A stretch of DNA of 64,000 nucleotides from Phyllobates terribilis (Eukaryota): contig NW_027362767.1 in the NCBI RefSeq assembly GCF_046119375.1, positions 137,516,001 through 137,580,000 on the forward strand, written 5' to 3'. Positions 26,680 to 41,394 of this stretch are shown here, piece by piece (the stretch's first letter is position 1; each line of letters starts with the position of its first letter). The position numbers and the translations under genes are program-made. The notes beneath the pieces are model-generated. The model did no database searches and was not told the DNA's origin. It saw only the letters and a list, made by a program, of their open reading frames with translations.

Positions 26680-27744
26680 ATGTCACTCGGGGACGAGGGA
26701 CAGATGGAGAACCCTCTGGAGACTACCACTTACATAACCATCACTTATGATGAAGAACTTGTGATCTTGTGCCAAAAACAGGACAGCCACAATTTTGGGG
26801 CTTTGGTGGTGCCTGCCTTCTTCTATGTGGTCTTCATAGTCAGTCTTGTAGGCAACGGCCTCATCTTATACCTTCTACTGAAGTACGAGAACATTAAGAC
26901 GGTGACCAACTTCTTCATTCTCAACCTGGTGTTCTCCGACTTGTTGTTCACCCTCCCACTACCCTTCTGGGGTTACTACCACCGCCACCAGTGGATATTC
27001 GGGAGGACGTCTTGCAAGATGTTGGCCTCCATGTTCTACATTGGGTTTTACAGCTCCATCTTGTTCTTGACCATGATGACAGTGGATCGATACATGGCGG
27101 TTGTTCATGCCATCTATGCCACCAGGACCAGGAAGATGCTGTATGTCTATGTGGTCACTGGCTTGGTTTGGGTCATCAGCTTTTTCTCGGCCATCCCCAA
27201 GTTCATTCTGTATGGGACCAGAGAGAACGTGCTTAACAAAATGTTGGTGTGCGAGGAGACGGGCTTCATCATAGATAAGATCAATAAATGGAAGCTGGTG
27301 GGATTCTATCAGCAGGTCGTCATGTTCTTCCTGGTGCCGCTTTTCATCATCTTGTACTGTTACACACTGATCCTCATCAAGCTGAACTCTACGAAGATGC
27401 ACAACAAGAACAGGGCCATCAAGCTGATCTTCCTTATCCTTCTGGCCTTCTTCATCTGCTGGACCCCCTATAACATCATCATTTTCATCAGGGTCAGGCA
27501 GATCTCCGGGAATATTGGGGAAGATGACTGCAGTGAAACCATTGACTACGCCTTTTTCATTTGCCGGAACATCGCCTACTTCCATTGCTGCATTAACCCT
27601 TTCTTCTACACATTTGTGGGAACCAAGTTCCGTAAACACCTGTCCCAGATGATGGGGAGGTGGGTCATGTGCGGGACCAGGTACCGGCAGTCCAGCCTCA
27701 GCAGCAGGACGAGCGAATACTCCCCGCAGACCATCTACGAGTGA
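26680..27744 (+). CDS. XCR1-like chemokine receptor (class A GPCR, intronless CDS, ~346-354 aa)
   Basis: 7 TM with GN, LxxxD, DRY, CWTPYN, HCCINPFFY; XCR1-like diagnostics LKYE and ICRNIAYFHCC...FVGTKFRKHL. Start either ATG 26680 or ATG 26704; AATAAA at 27969-27974. Confidence 0.9.
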   Translation: MSLGDEGQMENPLETTTYITITYDEELVILCQKQDSHNFGALVVPAFFYVVFIVSLVGNGLILYLLLKYENIKTVTNFFILNLVFSDLLFTLPLPFWGYYHRHQWIFGRTSCKMLASMFYIGFYSSILFLTMMTVDRYMAVVHAIYATRTRKMLYVYVVTGLVWVISFFSAIPKFILYGTRENVLNKMLVCEETGFIIDKINKWKLVGFYQQVVMFFLVPLFIILYCYTLILIKLNSTKMHNKNRAIKLIFLILLAFFICWTPYNIIIFIRVRQISGNIGEDDCSETIDYAFFICRNIAYFHCCINPFFYTFVGTKFRKHLSQMMGRWVMCGTRYRQSSLSSRTSEYSPQTIYE

Positions 27745-28039
27745 CGCCGACCCCGCAGATTGTCTGTCAGTACAAAGCTACACGTAGAGAAGGGCGGATG
27801 GGACAAGATGGACGGGGACACTTAAAGGGGCAGCTCAGTATTGTGGCTCCCAAGTCTTATGCATCACGAGTATAGATGTATCCAAGCAGAGAACACGTGT
27901 ATCATTATTATTAATAGAGATTGTAATGTCTGTATCACATATCCCTCATCATCACTGGTCACATACTGAATAAAGCCAGTGAACAAAACTAAGACCATAC
28001 TGTGTATCTAAGCCTGTAATGCGATACCACCTGCTGAGT

Positions 28040-30195
28040 CTTATATCTAATTCTATCATGTGTCATACTGTCTGCTGAGCCGTGTATCTAATCCTGTCCT
28101 GTGTTATACTGTCTGAGCCGTGTATCTAATCCTATCCTGTGTGATACTGTCTGCTGAGCCGTGTATCTAATCCTGTCCTGTGTTATACTGTCTGAGCCGT
28201 GTATCTAATCCTATCCTGTGTGATACTGTCTGCTGTGCCGTGTATCTAATCCTATCCCGTGATACTGTCTGCTGAGCTGTGTATCTAATCTTCTCCTGTA
28301 TGTCTGCTGAGCCATGTATCTAATCCTGTCCTGTGCGATACTGTCTGCTGAGCTGTGTATCTAATCCTATCCTGTGTGATACTGTCTGCTGAGCCGTGTA
28401 TCTAAGCCTATCCTGTGTGATACTGTCTGCTGAGCCGTGTATCTAATCCTGTCCTGTGTGATACTGTCTGCTGAGCCGTGTATCTAATCCTCTCCTGTGT
28501 GATACTGTCTGCTGAGCCGTATCTAATCCTCTCCTGTGTGATACTGTCTGCTGAGCCATGTATCTAATCCTATCCCGTGATCCTGTCTGCTGAGCCATGT
28601 ATCTAATCCTATCCTGTGTGATCCTGTCTGCTGAGCTGTGTATCTAATCCTATCCTGTGTGATACTGTCTGCTGAGCCGTGTATCTAATCCCATCCTGTG
28701 TGATCCTGTCTGCTGAGCTGTGTATCTAATCCTCTCCTGTGTGATACTGTCTGCTGAGCCGTATCTAATCCTCTCCTGTGTGATACTGTCTGCTGAGCCA
28801 TGTATCTAATCCTATCCTGTGATACTGTCTGCTGAGCTGTGTATCTAATCCTCTCCTGTGTGATACTGTCTGCTGAGCAGTGTATCTAATCCTGTCCTGT
28901 GTGATACTGTCTGCTGAGCTGTGTATCTAATCCTATCCTGTGTGATACTGTCTGCTGAGCAGTGTATCTAATCCTGTCATGTGTGATACTGTCTGCTGAG
29001 CTGTGTATCTAATCCTATCCTGTGTGATCCTGTCTGCTGAGCTGTGTATCTAATCCTATCCTGTGTGATACTGTCTGCTGAGCTGTGTATCTAATCCTAT
29101 CCTGTGTGATACTGTCTGCTGAGCCGTGTATCTAATCCTGTCCTGTATGATACTGTCTGCTGAGCCGTGTATCTAACCCTATGTGATCCTGTCTGCTGAG
29201 CTGTGTATCTAATCCTGTCCTGTGTGATACTGTCTGCTGAGCTGTGTATCTAATCCTATCCTGTGTGATACTGTCTGCTGAGCAGTGTATCTAATCCTAT
29301 CCTGTGTGATACTGTCTGCTGAGCCGTGTATCTAATCCTGTCCTGTGTGATACTGTCTGCTGAGCCGTGTATCTAATCCTATCCTGTGTGATCCTGTCTG
29401 CTGAGCTGTGTATCTAATCCTATCCTGTGTGATACTGTCTGCTGAGCCGTGTATCTAATCCTGTCCTGTGTGATACTGTCTGCTGAGCCGTGTATCTAAT
29501 CCTGTCCTGTATGATACTGTCTGCTGAGCCGTGTATCTAATCCTATGTGATCCTGTCTGCTGAGCTGTGTATCTAATCCTATCCTGTGTGATACTGTCTG
29601 CTGAGCCGTATCTAATCCTCTCCTGTGTGATACTGTCTGCTGAGCCATGTATCTAATCCTCTCCTGTGTGATACTGTCTGCTGAGCCGTGTATCTAATCC
29701 TCTCCTGTGTGATACTGTCTGCTGAGCTGTGTATCTAAACCTATCCTGTGTGATACTGTCTGCTGAGCCGTGTATCTAATCCTCTCCTGTGTGATACTGT
29801 CTGCTGAGCCGTGTATCTAATCCTCTCCTGTGTGATACTGTCTGCTGAACAGTGTATTTAACTCTATCCTGTGTGATACTGTCTGCTGTGTATCTAATCC
29901 TCTCCTGTGTGATACTGTCTGCTGAGCTGTGTATCTAACCCTATCCTGTGTGGTACTGTCTGCTGAGCCGTGTATCTAATCCCATCCTGTGGGATACAGT
30001 CTACTGAGCCGTGTATCTAATCCTATCCTGTGTGATACGGTCGGCTGAGCTGTGTATCTAATCCCATCCTGTGGGATACAGTCTACTGAGCCGTGTATCT
30101 AATCCTATCCTGTGTGATACGGTCGGCTGAGCTGTGTATCTAATCCCATCCTATGATACGGACTGCTGAGCAGTGTATCTAATCCCATCCTGTGT
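28040..30195. repeat. 41-bp minisatellite (CTGTCTGCTGAGCCGTGTATCTAATCCTATCCTGTGTGATA), about 53 copies
   Basis: Direct tandem periodicity. Confidence 0.97.
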
Positions 30196-31218
30196 GGTAA
30201 CGCCACGTGGTGTGGGATTGCCATTACTAGGACCATCTGATGGGGGTCCTGATGTTGGGGCTTTTAGAGGCCGCCCCCACTGACGTTGACACAGAGCAGG
30301 ACGTGAGGTTGTCAGTGCTCCATAAAGGAGACCTCTACCAATGGGGTCCGGGCCTCAGTCAGAGATCTCCCCATACAATATATCTACGGGCACCAATCAG
30401 CTGCTCGCTATTAGGATGCAGGTGGAGTTACAGGATGAGTACTGGCTGCTGATTGGCGGCACTACCCCAGCCCCTCCTGAGGACCCGTGGGATCAGAGAT
30501 TGGTGGGTTCACAGGGACTGTTGTGGGAGAAGCCTCATCACCGTGCAGCTGCGCGTACAGGGAACTCGTCAGCAGGAAGGCAGCACCCAAAAAACGAGAA
30601 GCACTGATCCTGAATAAAAAATGTAAAGCACTTCTCGTATTTTTTTGGGTTCCCCCTCAGATGTATAATCATGAAAAGTGAAAAGCCACATGCATGCCAG
30701 TATGTGATCTCCCACCATAACGGCAGCAGAGTCCGCTCAGTGGGTCCCAACCGGCAATCCAGGGAGCTAACAGGAAGTCAGCCGAACTATGATTGCAGCT
30801 CTGGGAAGTAAAGCTAAGAAAACGCTGCATGTTTGGCGAGAAAAGACACCACTATGGCATCAGTACGACCACACACATCTCACTTCTGATACTTTATTAC
30901 AATGCGTCCTCATCCTCCTTACAGAGGAACCAATAGACTGGAGATACTGAAACAAACCCTCAGCTGCGAGTATAAATTAAGCTGTGGCTGTAAATGTGTC
31001 CATTCACTGTCAGCAGAGAGAGGCCCACAGTGAGTGATAAAGCTTTATTCTCTATGAACAGCGAGGACTGACACCTGCAAGCAGCAACGCTGCTCCCCCT
31101 ATAATTGTGGGGTCACTCACTGCAGCCCCTTGATCAGGACCCCACCAACAACAAAAAAAGGTGAAAAAAATGTCCCAACATCTGGATAATCCGGCCTCTA
31201 GGGGACAGTGTGGGGGGC

Positions 31219-33229
<2,011 letters not shown>

Positions 33230-33422
33230 CACTGCGGGAGAGAGCGAGAAGGGGGTGGGGCGGACACCACGGCTCATATCCACCGCTCATTGGCCGCAGA
33301 ACATGCCGCGTCCTGATTGGCTGAGGTGATGATTACGCTTCATAGGTATCCATACCGTCCCGCCCCTTAGCGTAACAGTTGCTAGGAGACGGCGTTGTGC
33401 ACAGACTGGAGAGAGGAGCATC
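33230..33422. promoter_or_regulatory. Bidirectional promoter/5' UTRs of EIF3F and CFAP126
   Basis: 193 nt between divergent ATGs; ATTGG at 33289 and 33316, GC boxes ~33257 and ~33360, RFX-like GTTGCTAGGAGAC 33378-33390. Confidence 0.75.
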
Positions 33423-36321
33423 ATGGCGGCCGCCTACAGCGCCAACCAGGTACCGACCCTGACTCACAGCCAGAGGCGTACATAGAAAACATGGGGCCCA
33501 TAGCGGAAGGTAGAATTACCCCCGGGCCCTTTTCCGTTTTTTGCTCCTCTTCTTCCCAGAGCCATAACTTTTTTATTTTTCCGTCAATATGGCCATGTGA
33601 GGGCTTGTTATTTGCGGGACAAGTTGTACTTTTGAAAAAGATCACTGATTGTACCCTATCATGTACTGGAAAACGGGAAAGAAATCCAAGTGCAGTGAAA
33701 TTGCAAAAAAAAAGTGCTACTCTACACTGTTTTTTTTTTTTTTTTTACCACGTTCACTGAATGCTAAAACTGACCAGCCATTATTAGTCTCCAGGTCATT
33801 ACGAGTTCGTAGACACCAAACATGTATAGGTTCTTTTTTTATTTTAGTGGAGGATAAAAACCAAAGTTTATAAAGAAAAAAAAAAAAAAATAGTCCCCAT
33901 TTTACCATTGTGGGATAGATCCGATGTCTTTATCGCCCATTATTGCATTTATGACAATAAATGTTGCGTTTTGATCGTTTTTCTCGTTACGCCGTTTACT
34001 GATCAGATTATTTTTATATATTAATAGATCAGACGTTTCTGAACGCAGCGATCAAAAATATACATATTTGTTATTTTTTTTAGTGTTTTATTTTGAATAG
34101 GGCGAAAGTGGGGGCGATTTGAACTTTTATATTTTTTTAATATTTTGAAAAACTTTTTATTTTTTTTACACTTTTTAACTGCTTAAATAGTCTCCTTGGG
34201 AGACTAAAAGCTGCAATCATCTGATCACTTGTGCAACACATTGCTCATCTGTTATGAACGCCAACCGCTGGGTGGTGCTCTTAGCGGATCGGCTATGACA
34301 ACTACAGAGGTTTTCTGCAGACCCCGGGTTGGGCGAGTCTTATGCTGAGCTTCCGGTGCGGCCATGTTGAATGCCGTTTTCAGAGATTGACAGCGGCGTT
34401 TAACATGTTAACAGCCGCGGTTGGATCGCGATTCCACCCGAGGCTGTTAAGAGTCACATGTGCCTGAAACTATGTGGGCTCAGTGCAGGAGCCTCATCAA
34501 AGGGGGAGACACAACATGTGCAGTATATATACAGCATATGTCGTGAAGGGATTAATATAGGTGAGGTCACAGCAGAGCAGATCTCACAACTCTGCAGCCC
34601 TGCAAAGTAATTTCCCTACTATTGAAGCCCCTAGATTCCACTTTCATTGCCCTCATAAAGTATGATGCCATCAAAAGTGCCCCCAACCACATTATGATAC
34701 CCCCATGGTGAATTCCTCCACATGCACAGTATAATGACTCTACTGTACCCCTCATCAACTGCCCCAAGTATGGTGACCCCAACACGGTATGATCCCTCAC
34801 CTGTGACCCATTCACAGCCCTCCATGCAGTATAATGGGCCTACGTATGGTATAACGGTCCTACACTGTATAATGGCCCGCACTAGCCCCCCACACAGTAT
34901 GATGGACCCCAAACAAACCTTCACACTGTATAATTGCTTATATACAGAATAATGGGCCCCACATAGTCCTCCATCATACAGTATAATGGGCCCCACATAG
35001 TCCTCCATCATACAGTATAATGGGCCCCACATAGTCCTCCATCATACAGTATAATGGGCCCCACATAGTCCTCCATACAGTATAGTGGGCCCCAGATAAA
35101 AAATAAATACTCGCCTCTCCCCGTTCCTCCGATCTCTGCAATGCTTGTCACAGAGGGGGCGCTGTAGTGACGTCTTCACGCCCTGAGACGTCACAGTGTT
35201 CATACGCAGAGGAGGAATGATTGGAGAGGGAGCATCACCTGATGGCGTTTTCATCTGTATCAGCATACAGGGCCAGGATGCCAATACAGTTGAAAGTACA
35301 TTTCCGCCAACCCCCCCCACACGAGCCGCCATTGGCGGTACGCCACTGCTCAGAACTGCTGAATAGTGGGGTCCATCACCCTAGGACTAAGGGGTAGAGA
35401 GCCAAGGAGGATTTGACACACAGTCACCCAGTTATAAGAGGACTATAGCCCCTCACTAGTTTACAGGCTGGTCATCAGTATCTCTTCCTTCTCGTTCCAG
35501 TATGATGGCGCCTTCTCCTCCACCCGCCTGCAGAACTGGAGCATCCCCTGCCCCCACCAGGAGGTAATGTCCATGTCTTGCCCCTTCTGGACGCCTTTAT
35601 TTGGTCCGTGACCATTGTATACATACTCTCATCATCCTCGTCTGTTCCAGGCACCGGCTGCCCATGACGGCTTCACACAGTTCATCTCCAATGACAGAAG
35701 TCACCTGTTGTCGGGGGTCCCACGGTCAAAGGTGAGTTTTGGTCACCCCTCATACTATTACGTAGATCTTACAGGAGAGCTCCAGTGGCAGCTGTGGTTG
35801 GAGAAGACATGTATACTGTACTCATCTATATTCAGTCACCTCTCATCTCTATCTTTCAGATCAGTCCATGGGGGACCTTCATTGGCACCTGGGATATGCC
35901 CACCAAGATCCCCCCCGCTAAGGTGAGCCTCACCTCCCGCTCTGCGGATGCTTCCAGACGACTCACCGACTGGATCATGAGATCGGACGTCCTGGTCAGC
36001 GCCTGTAACGGACTGAGACCGGATGTCACTGGGAAGGTCTGTGTCCACCACGAAGGAACTGCTGGGACTTGTAGTCTCACATCAGCTGGAGAGCCCAGTA
36101 GTCTTTCTAGGGTCATACATAAAGTCTAGAGGGCTCTTGTATTAGATGGAGCAGATGCTGGCTCAGGTCTGTAAAGCTGACACTGCCCCTTTAAGACGTC
36201 TACGTGATTACTTTAGGAATTCTCTTTCCTGGACCAACAGGTTCCTCTCACAGAAGAAAAAGATCAAAATCTGCAGCAGCCGAGCCGATGTCTCATTCAG
36301 AAGAGCAGCCCCCAGAAATAG
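33423..36321 (+). CDS. CFAP126: Flattop / cilia- and flagella-associated protein 126
   Basis: Exons 33423-33449 (MAAAYSANQ), 35501-35563 (YDGAFSSTRLQNWS), 35651-35731 (FTQFISNDRSHLL..VPRSK), 35860-36036 (PWGTFIGTWDMP), last exon from 36241 (stop 36321) or 36254 (stop 36376) - last acceptor uncertain. Confidence 0.9.
33516..34553. mobile_element. Probable piggyBac-like non-autonomous element in CFAP126 intron 1, left end degenerate
   Basis: Right end GTCGTGAAGGGA|TTAA resembles an inverted TTAA-CCC terminus; AT-rich internal body; left terminus not clearly matched. Confidence 0.4.
34930..35095. repeat. ~34-bp tandem repeat (CAGTATAATGGGCCCCACATAGTCCTCCATCATA)
   Basis: About 4-5 copies in CFAP126 intron 1. 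Confidence 0.8.
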
Positions 36322-37514
36322 GAGCCGCAGCCCTGTGCCAGCCATGACGGAGGCCGAGGCAGTCGCCATGAGATGATGGAGGATGGGGCCGAGCTGTCAC
36401 TGTAAATCCTCATTAAACTTGAGAACCGCCTGTCACGTCTCCTTATAATTTACATGTAATGTAAGAAGAGAGAGTGACCGCCCCCTTTCTACCGGACCCC
36501 CAGAAACCACGATACAGGGGACTGATTGGTAAAGTCTCATCACAGTGTGCGGACTGCAAACAGCGCCCTGTATCTCAGCTTCCCCAGGTACTAATCTAAT
36601 GGATGCGTCCTCTGTACGTGACAACTCACTGCTTTACCAAATATTACTACCAGAGGGCGCTGCTCAGTGCGTGAAATGCCACCTTGTAGTCAGTCATGAG
36701 ACGCCCCCCACCCCAGCACTGGGTTAATAATGGTCAGAACCACAGTCACTGTCCAGCACTAAGGGGGCTGCGCCACCCCCTCTACATTCTTCAGAGATAT
36801 GCTCATTCCTGCGGACAATGCCCCGTGTGTCTGCAGGAGATCATGGGGGGGGTCCCGCAAGGAGGACGACAGGCACTTCTCTTACACAATATATTTTATT
36901 GAGATCAAAAGTAAAGAAAATTATCGCTCTCTCAACCTTCAGGCATAAAAATGGGGGTGAAGTGACACTCGCAAAGTGAGGAAACGTATTCCCTTCTATG
37001 TATTAGCCGTGCTTAAAAGGGAAGCTCCACTTTGGTCGCTTCTAGCTGTGAAGCTGAAAGTAGACAGCCAGGTCTCTACCAGACCAAATAATTCACTTTC
37101 CACAATGAGGAGTGTCCCCTTTAAACCCAGGACATGATAACTGTATTAAAAGGGGTAGAACCTGGTCTAATGATAAGCAGGACATAACTGATCCCTTTAA
37201 ATACTGAAGATCTGTGTCGCCGCCCCTCGGTCTTACTTTTGCCCTTTCCTAGTTCCCCACGCAAATTGCAGAATTTTAATTCCCTTCCCACAATAAACCA
37301 GGACAATGGGGTCCCTTATGTGTCAGGGGGATGGGTGCGGACTCCGCTCATCCAGTATGGGCCGGCGGGTGGGTCAGAGAGACAATCCTGGGGTCAGAGA
37401 AAATTCCCTTTAATAGCCAATGGAGGGTCTGATGGCAGAGTGGACGATGGACATGGGGGCCATCGGAGAAGACCCTAGAAATCCCAATTAGAGGCGGTGA
37501 AGGATTCTTCCAGA

Positions 37515-40500
37515 TCACAGGGAAGCAATGCCTGCCGCAGACAGGATTGTGAGCGCCAGTACGATGTAGCCAGTCTGGTACACCTCAGGGATCTTAAAGC
37601 CTTTGCCGAGGTCCCAGGCCTGCGGAAAAGAGGAGATGGTCACTGATCAGCTCTACTCCAGTTACATCCAAAGCTGCATTGTCATTGCCGCCCTCTGCTC
37701 TAGCGATGTTACTCTCCCAAGATGAGTAGATGCAGCTTTGGCTGTGACTAGAGCACGAAGCATCTAGGCCAATACCCGCACTCACCAGGTGGCGAATGCC
37801 GTTCAACGTGTGATACATGACGGGGAAAGCGATGGCGAACTTGGCAGAGTAGATGAGCGCTGGGCCGAGGCTCAGAGACTTGATGAGGTCCAGGTATGAG
37901 GCGTAATCTCCGGGGAGGACCAAGGCGGCCAGGCCGAACAGCGACACACCTGAGAATGAGAGGCCGATCATACAAGGCGGAGGGGCTTGTGGTGACCCCC
38001 TCTGTGCACATGGTGTAATACAGAACAAATATGGCCACCACCCAGTCTCTGGCACTCACCAGCGCTCAGGGCAATGCCCGTTCCTCTGTGCGTGATGGAC
38101 ATCATCATGGGCAAAGACCATCTGTGAGGAGAAAACAGCCGGCGGTCAGTAACCAGGAGACTCACGTCCTCAGCGCCAGTCACATCCAGAGCTGCACTCA
38201 CAATTCTGCAGATTTCATCTCACTGCTGGCCCCCTGCAGTACAGTGTATATTACGGGGGATTTAGTCACATACTGTGCTGCACTTATTAATTACTGCCTT
38301 CCTGTCAGCCCTCAGGATCAGGGAGCACCGTACACACTACATCTCCCACTGTGCAATGCATCATGGGAGCTCCCATGTCCCAGGAAATTGCTCTTCATGC
38401 AGTTGTCGGACAGTGGACAGAACATGCATTATATACACGGCTGGGATTCGGGTGGGCTTTTAGTATACTCCGCTTTATTTTGGGGTCACGATGGGGAAAA
38501 CACAAAATCTAGATCCAAAATTAGCCAAAGCTGTAGATATAAAGGGCGAGCGATGCCAGCGGCGGTGGGTGGGGGGCAGCGATGGCACATTCTCCGGTGG
38601 GGATGGTGTCAGGAATGCTGTGAGGGGGAGCCGCCGCCATCCTCACCCCTCGTCTCACATAGCAGGGTCATTCATAGGGCCGGTATGTGAGGCGGGGGAG
38701 GAACAATGCAGCCGCCGGCCCGGCACTTGCTGAAGGGACAACTTTCCCTGGCACAGGGCATGGTGATGCCCACCTAGTGCCACTGAGGAATGTCTGCTGC
38801 TGGGTCCTGGAGGAGCGGGCCGTGCAGGCGACCATATTGGATATTTCTAGTATCTTACTTATAGATAGAGATGTGGGGCGACAAGGGGCGGCTCAACCGG
38901 GTGTTCTTGTCCCAGAAGCGATCCATCTCCTGCTTGGCCGATGTCCCCATGGGAACAGCGCTGAAAAGAACGAGGACGACGTTAGCAGCGACAATGAAGA
39001 TCACACACCAGGAGTGGAGGACCCCTCTAAATCAGCATCTTGGGGTTCTGTCACAGGACGGCGATCGTCCATAGCGGGGGCACTTACTTTCGGAGGCACA
39101 GGCCCGGGCGCAGCGGGGAGCTCAGGCATCGCCACGCGCTGTGTCTGATGGGGGAAGCAGAATTCCAGGTCACACAAGAAACAAAGCGGCTTAGGGGCAT
39201 GAGGAAGGTGTCCACACCATAGTACAGACCAAAAGTTTGGACACACCTCATTTCAAGATTTTTCTGAATTTTCACGACTATGAAAATTGTACATTCACAC
39301 TGAAGGCATCAAAACTATGAATTAACACATGTGGAATTATATACTTAACAAAAAAAGTGTGAAACAACTGAAAATATGTCTTATATTCTAGGTTCTTCAT
39401 AGTAGCCACCTTTTGCTTTGATGACTGCTTTGCACACTCTTGGCATTCTCTTGATGAGCTTCAAGAGGTAGTCACCGGAAATGGTCTCCCAACAATCTTG
39501 AAGGAGTTCCCAGAGATGCTTAGCACTTGTTGGCCCTTTTGCCTTCACTCTGCGGTCCAGCTCACCCCAAACCATCTCGATTGGGTTCAGGTCTGGTGAC
39601 TGTGGAGGCCAGGTCATCTGGCGTAGCATCCCATCACTCTCCTACTTGGTCATATAGCCCTTACACAGCCTGGAGGTGTGTTTGGGGTCATTGTCCTGTT
39701 GAAAAAATAAATGATGGTCCAACTAAACGCAAACAGGATGGAATAGCATGCTGCTGCAAGATGCTGTGGTAGCCATGCTGGTTCAGTATGCCTTCAATTT
39801 TGAATAAATCCCCAACAGTGTCACCAGCAAAGCCCCCCCACACCATCACACCTCCTCCTCCATGCTTCACGGTGGGAACCAGGCATGTAGAGTCCATCCG
39901 TTCACCTTTTCTGCGTCGCACAAAGACACGGTGGTTGGAACCAAAGATCTCAAATTTGGACTCATCAGACCAAAGCACAGATTTCCACTGGTCTAATGTC
40001 CATTCCTTGTGTTCTTTAGCCCAAACAAGTCTCTTCTGCTTGTTGCCTGTCCTTAGCAATGGTTTCCTAGCAGCTATTTTACCATGAAGGCCTGCTGCAC
40101 AAAGTCTCCTCTTAACAGTTGTTGTAGAGATGTCTGCTGCTAGAACTCTGTCTGGCATTGACCTGGTCTCTAATCTGAGCTGCTGTTAACCTGCGATTTC
40201 TGAGGCTGGTGACTCGGATAAACTTATCCTCAGAAGCAGAGGTGACTCTTGGTCTTCCTTTCCTGGGGCGGTCCTCATGTGAGCCAGTTTCTTTGTAGCG
40301 CTTGATGGTTTTTGCAACTGCACTTGGGGACACTTTCCAAGTTTACCCAATTTTTTCAGACTGACTGACCTTCATTTCTTAAAGTAATGATGGCCACTCG
40401 TTTTTCTTTACTTAGCTGCTTTTTTCTTGCCATAATACAAATTCTAACAGTCTATTCAGTAGGACTATCAGCTGTGTATCCACCTGACTTCTGCTCAACA

Positions 40501-41210
40501 CAACTGATGGTCCCAACCCCATTTATAAGGCAAGAAATCCCACTTATTAAACCTGACAGGGCACACCTGTGAAGTGAAAACCATTTCCGGTGACTACCTC
40601 TTGAAGCTCATCAAGAGAATGCCAAGAGTGTGCAAAGCAGTCATCAAAGCAAAAGGTGGCTACTTTGAAGAACCTAGAATATAAGACATATTTTCAGTTG
40701 TTTCACACTTTTTTGTTAAGTATATAATTCCACATGTGTTAATTCATAGTTTTGATGCCTTCAGTGTGAATGTACAATTTTCATAGTCATGAAAATACAG
40801 AAAAATCTTTAAATGAGAAGGTGTGTCCAAACTTTTGGTCTGTACTGTATGTATGTGAGCGGTGCCGTCCACTCCCCGGGGGGCTCCTCTATATATATAT
40901 ATGTATGAGCGGTGCCCTCCACACCTCCATGTGGGAGGACAATGGCGGAGAACCCCTGTAAGTGTCTTGTGTCCCCTCCCACACACAACGTTAGTCTAAT
41001 AATAGGTGGACACTACACCCCAAGATACCACACGGGTGACCCTTAACACCGTCACCTTTACCCCTCCCCCTCCAGGTGACTCCTCCTCACCACAGGTGTT
41101 CCGTTATCTCCGCGCACTGCGCCCACCCCACAGTACCGAACCCCGGTCCGCAGAGCCGGCTCCACCCCCGATATCCCCGACTAAAGTCACCTCAATAACA
41201 GAGCCGCCAT
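37515..41210 (-). CDS. SDHC: Succinate dehydrogenase cytochrome b560 subunit (169 aa, 6 exons)
   Basis: Exons 41210-41191 (MAALLLR), 39144-39088, 38960-38859 ([10 protein letters not shown]), 38121-38060 ([15 protein letters not shown]), 37949-37786 ([10 protein letters not shown]), 37619-37515; total 510 nt; all GT-AG. Confidence 0.97.
39220..40847 (-). mobile_element. Tc1-like transposon in SDHC intron 1, decayed transposase, ~267-bp TIRs
   Basis: AGTACAGACCAAAAGTTTGGACACAC termini, right end CTG|TA; transposase from ATG 40433 ([16 protein letters not shown]) to 39381 with stops/frameshifts; [32 protein letters not shown]. Confidence 0.93.
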
Positions 41211-41394
41211 CTTCACCCAGTGACGTTACCGCCCCGGACACGCGCGCATTAGTGTCGTCAGCCGTGTTGTCATTGGCCGAATCCAGAGGAAGGCGTGGTT
41301 ATAGACTGGGGGGCGGATCTACGGGAGAAGGGAGTCATGTGACTGTAAGTCTGTAACCATGGCAACCACTGGCACCAAACGGAATGTCAGCAGA

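Noticed and set aside
26959-27639. 226-aa antisense ORF over the receptor
   Set aside because: Expected by-product of GC3-rich codon usage on the sense strand; no recognisable domain.
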